64,000 bases of DNA. It comes from Chiloscyllium plagiosum (lineage: Eukaryota). Positions 51,421-62,476 of the stretch are shown one piece after another. Made by a program: the position numbers and the translations under genes. Where the stretch lies: the NCBI RefSeq assembly GCF_004010195.1, contig NC_057753.1, positions 3,565,514 through 3,629,513 of the forward strand, read 5' to 3'. How positions within the stretch are numbered: the stretch's first letter is position 1; each line of letters starts with the position of its first letter. The notes beneath the pieces are model-generated. The model searched no databases and had not been told where the DNA came from. It was given only the letters and a program-made list of their open reading frames with translations.

Positions 51421-52434
51421 GCGTCAATTCAGATCCGCTATCGAAACCTGTCGCCTATTTTATAAGGGACTGTAACCCTTTGCTCCGTAACGATTCATGT
51501 ATCTCCCTAGATTCCTCTTAACTGATGCTATTGTGCCCGCCTCTACCACCACCCTTGCGTAAAGAACTTTCCATGCATATCCCCTCTAAGATTTCCCCTC
51601 TTACTTTGAACTCATGGCCCATACTCTGGGAAAAGCTCCTTGCTGTCCACCCTGTTTTTAACTCTCATGATTTCGTAGACCTCAAACAGGTTCCCCCCTC
51701 AACCTCCTTTCTAATGCAAATAATCTTAGTCTATTCAAACTCCCTCCTTAGGTAGCGCCTCCATACCAGGCAGCATCCTGGTGAACCTACTCTGCACCAT
51801 TTCCAAAGTATCCACATCGTTTTAGAAATGTGGAAACCAGAACTCGACAAATATTCGAAATGTGACCGAACGAAAGTCTTATACAAATGCATCATGACCT
51901 GCCAACTCTGGTACCCAACACCCTATCCGATTAAGGAAAGCATGCCAAAAGCCTTCTTGACCACTCTATTGACATGTGTGGCCACCTTCAGACAACAATG
52001 TATATAAATACGCAGATTTCTCTGTTCATCAGTTTTCTCCAAGGCATTTAAATTTACGGTATAGTTCTCTTTTTAATTGGACCTTTCAAAATGCATGAAC
52101 TCATGTTTGCCCAGAGTGTACGTCATCTGCTATTTTTCTGCCCAACTGTCCAATCTATTTATATTCTACTGTATTCTCTGACAGTCCTCTTCACTATCTA
52201 CTACTCCATCAATCTTAGTGTCATTTGAAACGTTGTTTATCAGACCACCTATACTTTCCTCCAGTCATTTATGTATATCATAAACAACAGTTGTCCCAGT
52301 ACTGATCCCTGTGGTAAACCACTGGTGACAGGTCTCCATTTTGAGAAACTCCCTTCCAGTGCTATTCTCAGTCTCCTGTTGCCCAGCCAGTCCTTTATCC
52401 ACTTCGCTTACACATCCTGATCCCCATGCGACCC

Positions 52435-53001
52435 CAGCAGATAAAGGCAGAATGATGGTCATCCTAGATAAATCAGATTACATCCAAAAAGCACAACAAC
52501 TACTTGCAGATATCAACACCTACCAAATGAAGGAATTTGACCCCACACCACAACTCACCAATAGGATAAATAACACACTAAGGAATCTACATAAAAAAGG
52601 ACAGATAACCAGAGCTGACCTACAAAGAATGAAACCGGAAAGCAACAACACCCCCAGATTCTATGGATTACCTAAAGTACACAAACCAGACATCCCACTC
52701 AGACGCATAGTATCACTACCAGGGACACCATCATACAAACTGGCCAAAGAACTACAACAGAAACTGAAACACCTGGTCAGCGGATCCAAACACTCTATAC
52801 AATCAACACAGGAATTCTTGGAAATCATCAGAAATATACACATAGACAAAGAAGAAACCAGGACGCTGAACCTATCAACAAAGACGGCACACTTAAACTA
52901 CTGGACTTGTGCCTCACAACACACTTCACATTCAACAACCAGATATACGAACAAATCAACGGAACACCCATGGGATCACCAATCTCGAGACTCATAGCAG
53001 A
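52435..53001 (+). mobile_element. Penelope-like element reverse transcriptase fragment
   Basis: PADKGRMMVILDKSDY..PRFYGLPKVHKPDIPLRRIVS..HFTFNNQIYEQINGTPMGSPIS, diagnostic PLE RT motifs. Internal deletion near 52860; runs into the gap. Confidence 0.92.
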
Positions 53002-53564
53002 NNNNNNNNNNNNNNNNNNNNNNNNNNNNNNNNNNNNNNNNNNNNNNNNNNNNNNNNNNNNNNNNNNNNNNNNNNNNNNNNNNNNNNNNNNNNNNNNNNN
53101 NNNNNNNNNNNNNNNNNNNNNNNNNNNNNNNNNNNNNNNNNNNNNNNNNNNNNNNNNNNNNNNNNNNNNNNNNNNNNNNNNNNNNNNNNNNNNNNNNNNN
53201 NNNNNNNNNNNNNNNNNNNNNNNNNNNNNNNNNNNNNNNNNNNNNNNNNNNNNNNNNNNNNNNNNNNNNNNNNNNNNNNNNNNNNNNNNNNNNNNNNNNN
53301 NNNNNNNNNNNNNNNNNNNNNNNNNNNNNNNNNNNNNNNNNNNNNNNNNNNNNNNNNNNNNNNNNNNNNNNNNNNNNNNNNNNNNNNNNNNNNNNNNNNN
53401 NNNNNNNNNNNNNNNNNNNNNNNNNNNNNNNNNNNNNNNNNNNNNNNNNNNNNNNNNNNNNNNNNNNNNNNNNNNNNNNNNNNNNNNNNNNNNNNNNNNN
53501 NNNNNNNNNNNNNNNNNNNNNNNNNNNNNNNNNNNNNNNNNNNNNNNNNNNNNNNNNNNNNNNN
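53002..53564. other. Assembly gap (563 N)
   Basis: Run of N. Confidence 1.
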
Positions 53565-53649
53565 GCAGGATTTGCTTCTTCTCTGTCCACTTGTCTGTGC
53601 CTGGTTATCCAGCGATATGAAGTGTGCGGGGACAAGCAGTGGACTTGAT

Positions 53650-53945
53650 GTTGTTGTTCTGTTCGCCGAGCTGGAAGTTTTTGTTGGAAACGTTTCGTCC
53701 CCTGGCTAGGCGGCATCATCAGTGCTTGGGAGCCTCCTGCGAAGCGCTTCTTTGATGGGAAGCGGCAGGGACAGACCACTATAAACACCGGAGGAAACAT
53801 CAAAGAAGCGCTTCGCAGGAGGCTCCCAAGCACTGATGATGTCGCCTAGCCAGGGGACGAAATGTTTGCAACAAAAACTTCCAGCTCGGCGAACAGAACC
53901 ACAACAACGAGCACCCGAGCTACAAATCTTCGCACAAACGTTGAA
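53650..53945. mobile_element. Penelope inverted terminal repeat (pLTR palindrome) with two hammerhead motifs
   Basis: Arms at about 53650-53757 and 53798-53905 are reverse complements around a 40-nt spacer. Hammerheads at 53830-53869 (+) and 53686-53725 (-). Confidence 0.85.
53830..53869 (+). ncRNA. Minimal type I hammerhead ribozyme motif
   Basis: GCA-CTGATGA-T-GTCGCCT-agcc-AGGGGAC-GAAA-TG-TT-TGC: core CUGAUGA/GAAA, stem II and a 3-bp stem I. Confidence 0.65.
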
Positions 53946-56900
53946 CCTCAACTTCTCCAACAGCCCACCATGGGGAACCTTATCAAACGGCTTATTGAAG
54001 TCTATGTCTATGACATCTACAGCCGCTCCCTCATCAATCAACTTTGTCACTTCCTTAAAGAATTCTATTAAGTTGGTAAGACATGACCTTTCCTGGACAA
54101 AATCATGCTGCCTATCACTGATAAGCCCATTTTCTTCGAAATTGAAATAAATCCTATAACTCAGTACCTTCTCCAGCAACTTCCCTACCACTGATGACAG
54201 GCTCACCGACCTATAAATGCCTGCATTATCCCCGCTACACTTCTTAAGCAAAGGTCAACGTTAGCAGTCCTCTGCGACCTTACCCGTGTTCAAGGATGAT
54301 GCAAAGATATCTGATAAGATTCCAGCTATTTCGTCTCTCGATTCCCTCAGTAACCTGGGAGATCCCATCCAGACCTGGGGACTTGTAAACCTTAATGTGT
54401 TTTTGAATGCCCAACACTTCCTCTCTCCTTCTTCCCCCTTGTCCTATAGTAATCAAATCTCTATCCCTTGCCTCAGCTACCGCCATTTCCCTCGCCTCAG
54501 TCAATAATAATGCGAAGTACTCATTAAGAATCTCACTCCACGCAGAACTTGCCTCTTATCCTTGAGTAGGCCAACCCTTTTTCTCGTTACCCTCTTGCTC
54601 TTTATATACGAATAAAAGGCTTTCGGATTTTCCTTAACGTTGTTTGCTAAAGATATCTCATGCCCCCATTCAGCCCTCTCAATTCCTCGTTTCAGACTCG
54701 TCCTCCATTCCCAATATTCTTCCAAAGCTTCGTCTTCTTCAGTCGTCCAGACTTATATATGCATCCTTTTTCCTCTTAGCTCATCTCACAATTGCACCAT
54801 TTTTGAACATGGTTCCCAAACCTTATCATTTCTGTGCTTCATTTTCACAGGAACATGTCTCACCTGCACTATAACCAACCTCTCTTTAATAGGCATCCAC
54901 AGTTCAAATGTGGATTTACCTTCAACCAGCTGATCCCAATCCACATTCCCCAGCTCCTTGTAAATTTTGGTATAGTTTGCCTCCCCCCAATTTAGCAATC
55001 TTCCTTTAGCTCCCCCCCATATCTTTGTCCATGATTATTCTCAAACTTACGGAATTGTCATCACTACTCCTAAAATAATCCCCTACGGAAGCTTCAACCA
55101 TCTGGCTGGGCTCATTATCCAATCTCAGGTCCAGAATGCCCCCTTCCCGAGTTGAGCTACTTGCGTACTTCTCTATAAAACCCTCCTAGACGTTCAACAC
55201 GGTGTCAATAAAATTCATCATCCGCCACCTTGGAGTTAATGACGGGCAACATATCATTTTACAATGGTAAATTAGCATTTCAATTTCGTAATCAGGACAT
55301 ATTACGAAATTTCTTTGAAGGGGAACTGCCACAGCCAGTCATTGACCTTGCATTTCCATGTTCACCAACTGAGATATTGCACAGAGACCTGTTAGAAACA
55401 AATTGCAGATATACACAACTGATTGTAGAATCGGAGTGGCACTGCTCATATTGTGACAAGAAGACATCGTTTGCAAGAATTGTTTGTGCTCCTGCTATTG
55501 CCAGGTCTTCCAAGTGTCCAACAATGAATGCATCCAGGACGCAAAATTGCAAGCTACCTCCCCAAAGAAATGCATGAAGAAAATTTTAAGGTATCAGTTA
55601 TGAAAGGGCCTAGGACATGTTCCTGTGAACAGCTGGATAAGGACAGTTTACTCAGATAACTCGATGAAGCACAGTCAAATAAAAAGCTGTGCAGCTTATA
55701 TCAGCAAAGATAACACATGTCCCTAGTGCCAATGGAACACCAGCATGTGCATGATATTCCTAATGGGTTAAACCAGGTGGAAAATGCCGGTCAGATATTT
55801 ATACAATTGCAAAGTGAACTAATGCAATGCCATACATGCTTCTACTTGCTGCTGTAGTCCTTCTGCTAAATTCAGACATGGCTATGGCACATGAGCTGAC
55901 CCATGGGAACAGATTTATACGAAGGATAATGTAGTGGTATTAAAGCATAAATTGATCAATTAAAACATAAATTGAGGAAAGCAGCGATCAATGAATATTA
56001 TTTGATTTGTGTACAAGACAACATGTTAAGAGTAATTGAATGGCGTTGCTTGTATCTGGAAGTGCAGAGTATTTAAATGTCTTCGGTGAAAATAGAAGTA
56101 TGAGGACCAGGAATGCAGAACTGTCCATGGATAACTGAAGAGCCAGGCGATTAGGTGGGACTGGAGTGAACTGAACGTTCGTGCAATGCACGTAAAGCAG
56201 ACTGAAGTCCACGCCAAATCAGACATTACATAACCTGATCTGAATGAAGTATAAAGTGCTATGCTGATCTAACGACACACGTTATGACTTAATATGCGCT
56301 GAACTATTCCTGTTCAAATAATCATATAACACAGAACACAGATTGTTTATGACATTTAAATTGGAGAATACTTATTAAATTGCGAAAATTCTCAGCAGAT
56401 CGGGCAACGTATGGCAATAGATCCTGCCGATTCTGAACGTTAATTCTGTCAATTTTTATTGTTATTTAAAACTGAACTTGACCTTGTTGCTGTGTTGCTT
56501 CCCACACTGACAGTAAACCTTTGTGGTGAATGTATGTATACTGAAAGTTATCAATGTATTTATTCAACATGTTCATGCTCAATTGTAAATTATACGATGA
56601 TCATTGAGTTCACCATTGAGGAGCTTAAAGTAATAGTTCTTTGATTCACGTTGACTTTCACGATATATCTCCTATTTTAATTTAATATTTTGCTAGCGGC
56701 GAGCAAAAGAAAAGCGTGACTAGCATTTTATTGTCTCCATTTGTTTCAATATTGGAAAAAATACAGTTGCAAAAATATCCATTTGATCAGAATACCTGGG
56801 TAAGAACAGTAACAACTTTACAACTTTGCGCTACTTTTCCATCTTTCAATTTGTGCCATCGATGTAACAGGCAAAATCAAATAATTTTCTCCATGGAGAA

Positions 56901-58140
56901 AGACACGAAGAGTAAACGTGACCATCTCTGAACATAGTGACTGACATGCTCAGAACTTTGAACAGAAATGTATTCATTACCAAAAGGCTTAGCGTTTGTC
57001 ATTTACTAAACCTTTCTTTCAACAACAGGGCTTCCAGATATAGATTCTGAGCCAATTGCTAGTTATGGGATTCTTTGCATACCTCTCATTTTCGCATTTT
57101 CATCTAGTACTTCTCCAAGGTGGTGATGTTATTTCCACATCTCAGTGGATCACTTGTCTATTCATAGAACAAACTTTTTTTTAACCTTTAACAGGTATAT
57201 CCGTCACCCACGACGAGCATCACTTCTTCCAACTATCCATTTCAACCCTCCATTTATTCTTTACTACCATAATGAGCCTTCATTACTGTTGCATGTTTCA
57301 CCTTCCTCATAGTGCCATTAAAATGTTTTGAGATACAGTGTGTTCACATTCAAGGTATACGTATCAATAGGCTAACATGCAAACACCATGGTACTCCTGT
57401 CTTAGAATGGCACTATAAACAACAATGTTTTGACTCAGAAGTGACAGGGATACCTTTCAAGCCTGGAAACGCTACGTGCATGACTTGCTTCACACGTTAC
57501 CGTCACCATTTTGCAATACTATCAAATGATTATCTGGAGTCACGCCTCTCTTAAAGTCCATGCAGACCAATTCCTTTCCATTTTACAATTGCCCTTTTCC
57601 CATATTGCTCTCCACATGGAAAGCATTTTGTCTGTCCCGCATGAAATATAAGCTGCTCCCTCAGTGTCAAACTCTGCTCCTTACGTTTGTCAACCTCTCA
57701 GGAGTTCTTGTGATCACTCGTTTTTACTTGTTGAATAAGGGTATTGACGATTGTATTTTCTCTAACTACGTCGCCAAACTGTATATAAGCCTTGAAATTT
57801 CCTACCAGCTCTTTACTGTACGAGGTAAACTGCTGTACTCAGAGATATGTTTCTATACCAGAATGAAAAAAATTGAATAAAACAAGCAGAATGCAATGAG
57901 CAAGTGAGGTGATAATTTACAACAGTTTATATTATTCAAATAACCTCTTTTGTGCACTTATAACCTCATGTCTGGAATCATAGCATGTTTATCGTGTGGA
58001 AGCAGCTCATGTGGCCCATTGAGTCCTCACCGAACCGAACGGGAATCCTTCCCATACCCACACTCACACTTTCCCCTTCCTCCAACTCTATCTCTGCGAC
58101 CTTGCATTTCCCGTCGTCAATTCACTGAGCCTTAAAACCG

Positions 58141-58425
58141 CTAATTAGGCAGTGATTATGATACTGGCCCAGTGAATGTGAGCCATCTCCAGATATGCCG
58201 CGGTATATTGGGTCTCCATGGTTTCAACAGATCTGGGCATTTTCATAGCTGTGATAGAAATGCGTATTTTATATGTTTATCGTCCATTAACGTTTTTATC
58301 ATTCAATTCTACTGTAGTTTGGATTTTAAACTGATAAAGGCATTCATAGATTGTTCTGTCTGATGGTAGCTGTTTTCACTTTTGATGGTTCGATAGCTGC
58401 ATGCTTCCAAAACAAGAAGAAAAAG
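58141..58425 (+). pseudogene. Highly degenerate GPR139-like GPCR remnant (psi3; start of exon 2 to intracellular loop 2)
   Basis: Reads, across frameshifts, AN*AVIMILAQ..RY..YWVSMVSTDL.IFIAVI..RI..VY.P.TFLS..CSL..LI.AFIDCSV*..VAVFTFD..IAACFQN.K.K, colinear with exon 2 of genes A-C. The acceptor is ccg instead of cag. Truncated by a SINE-like head at about 58430. Confidence 0.7.
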
Positions 58426-58819
58426 CCCTTATGGTGCAGTAGTAGTGACTCTACTATTAAGCTAGGAGACCCGAGTTCAAATCACACTTGCTGTGGGCTG
58501 TTTTGTCCTCAATTGCTGCCAAACGATTCCAGTGTTATCGGAGCTGAATTCGTACAAATCAGTGGTGAATATTCTGTCAGACTTCTGACTTGTGCCTTAT
58601 AAATGATTTTGCAGATTGCCAGGCTTTGGGGAGACATAAGGTGATTCCCATTCTACAGTAATTCCCATTTCTGTTCTGGCGCTGAAAACAGTTTCATCTG
58701 ATTAATGATAGGAAAATAGAATTCGAAATGTTAACTTTCTCTCTGAAAAGATTTTTCCTGGCCGTCTGAGTTTCTCGAGCATTTACTGTATTTTTTTTTC
58801 AGATTTGCAGCATCCAAGG

Positions 58820-59115
58820 TAATTAGATTTTTAAAAATTCATTTGTGGGATTTAAACGTCGCTGGCTGACCAGCATTGATAGCCCATCCACAATTGTAAA
58901 TGCAAAGGGGTTGGTGAGCTGCCTTCTTGAATCGTTGCAGTCCACATGCTGTGTGTTGACCCATAATGCCAGTAGTGAGAACGGCAGTCTACTTCCAAGT
59001 CAGGGAGGTGACCAGCTTGGAGGGCAACTTGCATGTTATAGTTTTCCCAAGAACCTGCTGCCCTTGTCCTTCTGGATGGAAGTGGTCGTGGGGTTGGAAG
59101 ATTTTGCCTTCTTTG
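58820..59115 (-). mobile_element. LINE (CR1-like) 3' fragment
   Basis: ggctgaccagcattgatagcccatcc...ggtgagctgccttcttgaatcg, a pattern typical of non-LTR 3' ends. Confidence 0.45.
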
Positions 59116-59618
59116 ATGAATTTCTACATAGGTAGACCACTGTATTTTCAACTGAATTAGAAGAATTAAACAATCAAGTTTTCAGTTTATTTGGAAGAGA
59201 TCATGGGTTCATCAGAAAGTACATCGCTTCCTTTGAACTGAAAAACGGATACGAATAAAATTGGTTTCGATCAGCCAGGCAATTATGGGACGTGACTTTT
59301 CCCAGATTTGACCTCTTCGCTGGGCTGCACCGAAGCGTTATTTGGCTAACAATACATCAGCCAGAGAATGAATTTTATTGTAGTGGCAACGAACAAGGGG
59401 AATTCGCAACTTTAAGCTTTAGCATGAGAGGACCACATTATTTCAACCATGAACTGAAGACCCAGGCCGTGGACTTTGAAAAAGAAACGCAGTTAAGGCG
59501 TTTTGCAATCCCTGGACATTTCCCATTCTAGTTCCAGACCATCAAAGAATGGAGAATTGCAGCTGCACCTATCTGTTTTGTTTTGATATACATGGTAGTT
59601 GCTGTAAACGTTTCAACC

Positions 59619-59654
59619 AACTAATTAAACCCCTTGAGCCTGACTCGTATATAA
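59619..59654 (+). promoter_or_regulatory. Gene C proximal promoter: homeodomain + O/E-like motif and TATA-like box
   Basis: AACTAATTAAACCCCTTGAGCCT (59619-59641) and TATATAA (59648-59654). An E-box CAGCTG lies at 59560-59565. Confidence 0.62.
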
Positions 59655-59705
59655 CTGTGGGAAAGTACAGTGTAACAAGCAATGTGCTTAATACTTCTGA
59701 TAGAA

Positions 59706-59775
59706 ATGCACATATCACCAAAAGGCCTGTTGTTTTCCATTTATTATAATTTTCTTGCAGCTATTGGGATATCAG
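59706..59775 (+). CDS. GPCR gene C, exon 1 (70 nt): MHISPKGLLFSIYYNFLAAIGIS+G
   Basis: gaaATG at 59706, donor G|GTAAAG at 59776. Same size and phase as exon 1 of genes A and B. Confidence 0.9.
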
Positions 59776-60749
59776 GTAAAGATTTCTTATTATTTCCTAA
59801 CTCGTTGATTTGTTGAATCGACCTTCTTTGCCCATTTGCACATTGCAAATAATTCATTTCCAACTTAAAGTACTCTGTTTTTCTTTAATAGCCAGTCTCT
59901 TAAAGTTTAAGATAGCATTTTAAAAATATGCTTTATCTTCATTCCTAGTTAAGTTTCTTTCGGATGTTTCCACATTAACTTTATACGTGCACTTGATAGC
60001 TGTACTGTACCTTCTCTTCACTGAATTACAGTAATAGCCCAGCGCTGAAGGAGGGCATTCGACCAATCTTATGTGCATCCGTTCAGCAGATGCTCTCTCC
60101 CATTTTCTCCCAGTAAAGCTGCAAAATCTTCAATTCAATTTTGAATGTTGCCTTCGTCAACAACGGGGCAGCGTTTCCCAGCCCCGCGTGAACATTTTAT
60201 ACATAACTATTGCATATTGTTACTCAAATGGAAACAAATGTTCCATTCTAATTCTCTTCAGATCCTTTTAATATCATTTATGCTTATACCACTATCATCT
60301 CAATATGTGTTTTTTTTCTGTTGTGCTAAGAAAAAGGCTACTGTGAGTGAAAATTGTAAAGTTATTATGGTGTAAGTGTCAAAATGTGGCAGTCTTGTCG
60401 ATATTGCTATCGCCATATACTCATTCAGATGCAGCTTTGTAGATTGATGTCTATTCTGCTTTGGGCACTGTCACTGTGAGTGAATTAATAGAGAGACGTT
60501 CTGCAAAATGGATACATACCATGTTGTTGACTGTCTTGTTGCCTGAGATCATTGCATTTTCGAGCCAATGTTAACGTCGACCACTTCTGTTGATCTTTTT
60601 TGTTTTGGAGGGGGTCTATCACATTGTTATCATGTTGCAAGTTTGAATATATTGGATAACTGACACTGAAACTAAGAGATGACGATTGATTATTTGTAGT
60701 GTTTTAACAATTAAGCACTTCACAACAGAAGTTATTGTAGGCAGTTTTA

Positions 60750-61036
60750 AAATCAGATTCCCTAAAGTGTGGAAATAGGCCCTTGACACAACAAGTCCAC
60801 ACTAACCCTCCAAAGAGTAACTCACACAGACTCATTTCCCTCTGACTAATGCAACTAACACTGTGGGCAATATAGAATGGCCAATTCACCTGGCCTGCAC
60901 ACCTTTGACCTGTGGGAGGAAACAGGATCACCCGACGGAAACCCATGCAGACATTGGGGAACGTGCAAACTCCACACAGTGGCTCTGTGGTTAGCATTGC
61001 TGCTTCATAGTACCAGGGTCACAGGTTCAATTCCAG
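60750..61036 (-). mobile_element. HE1-like V-SINE with inverted 5' head
   Basis: Body on the minus strand at about 60750-60980; tRNA-derived head (gtggttagcattgctgc..ggttcaattccag) on the plus strand at about 60978-61036. Confidence 0.75.
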
Positions 61037-61565
61037 TAAATAAACCAATCGTTGTAAGCACTGAGTTTCTAGTAAAAGCATTAATAATGCAGTAGCGTCT
61101 GATCACTGAAGCAATTAACTCGTGCTGAACCATCATTTTCCACCAGAAAACTCGCTCTTTAAGCCTGTTTCTCCTCTATCAGATTAATTGCTGCTGCTTC
61201 TATACTCGCGACTGAAGAAGCTAGGATTACATGAATTAAGATTAGAAAACAAATATCTACCACCATCAGAAGTAATCATTAATTCTGAGGGTGAGCTGCA
61301 GCATCGAGGGTTGTGGCGTTGTTGGAGATGTTATCCAGATTAAACCATGTCACAGTTCAATAGGTTCATTTGAAATCACAAGCTTTTATATCATTAATCC
61401 TTTGTCAGGTCAAGTGGGTGAAACAAAAGCTCATCACAAGTGTTTGGCTTTCACAGGGATTTCTGAAAAATGTTAGATTTTGCCGAAATTTGGACAAATG
61501 ACTTTTTTGCTCTCCCTGTCTCGGGCATAATTCTCACTAATCCCTCTTTATTCTCTCTGTTACAG

Positions 61566-62476
61566 CTAACTTGGCAGTGATCATAATCCTATACCGAAGA
61601 AGATGTGGTCTCGCTGGATGCATCGTTTACTACGTGGTATCCATGGCGTTAGCTGATCTCTTTGTCATTATTGTTAATGTGATTATAAACCGGACTGCTG
61701 GCATTTATTTCCCATTCAGCTTCTTATTCATCACACCAATATGCAGTCTCCGCGTTGTCCTAATTTACTCGGTCGTAGATATTTCTGCCTGGTTAACGGT
61801 TGCTTTCACGTTTGATCGATTTGTGGCCATTTGTTGCCAGAAGCTGAAAATCAAATACTGCTCAGAAATAACAGCGAAGTGGGTTATAGGGGGCGTCTGC
61901 ACGTTGAGCTGTTTTAAAAATACGTTTACATATTTTATATTTGAACCATTGTACATAATTAATAACGTACCCTGGTTCTGTGTTATAAAATTAATAGTTA
62001 GTACCTCACAGGCTTGGGCCGCATATGATTTGATTCGTTCCATTCTGGTCCCCTGTCTTCCATTCATTCTGATTTTACTGCTCAATGCTCTGACAGTCAG
62101 ACATATTTTAGCGGCCAATCGAGCACGCAGAAGACTTCGTGTCCTGAGCAATGGAGAGGATCGGACTGATCCAGAGTTGGAAAAACGGAAGAAGTCCATT
62201 ATCTTACTCTTTGGCATTTCAGGCAGTTTTGTTCTGTTGTATTCAGTATATTTTGCAACAGTGCTCTATGTCCGAATTGCGAAAGTTACTTATTACTCAG
62301 TTTCTAACTCTCGCAAGTCATCCTTTATCCTGGAGGAAACCGGGTATATGCTTCAGTTTCTGAGTTCCTGCATAAATCCGTTTATTTATGCGGGGACCCA
62401 GAATAAATTCAGAGACGAGTTAAAGAATGGGTTAAGATATCCACAGAGATTGCTTGTACAACTTTTAAAGTGCTGA
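61566..62476 (+). CDS. GPR139/GPR142-like class A GPCR gene C, exon 2
   Basis: Acceptor ctctctgttacAG|CT at 61564-61565; 911-nt exon. YYVVSMALADLF, PICS, TFDRFVAI, PWFC, PCLPFILILLLN, SCINPFIYAG. Spliced product 326 aa. Confidence 0.95.

Larger units (their letters stand above)
51430..55195 (-). mobile_element. Degenerate CR1 interrupted by a Penelope element
   Basis: RT/EN motifs on both sides of 52435-53945 (SCLTNLIEFFKEVTKLIDEG; LNWGEANY; ENPKAFYSYIKSKR). Confidence 0.88.

Noticed and set aside
52907..53833. Long ORFs of 237-285 aa
   Set aside because: Artefacts of translating through the 563-N gap.
55200..55900. ORFs 55230-55577 and 55292-55552 as a gene or transposase
   Set aside because: No recognisable motif, so I could not support any call by eye.
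57126..57194. Candidate exon 1 for the 58141 remnant (ATG...AG|GT, 69 nt)
   Set aside because: Contains a stop, has no real similarity to the three true first exons, and lacks the upstream motif.
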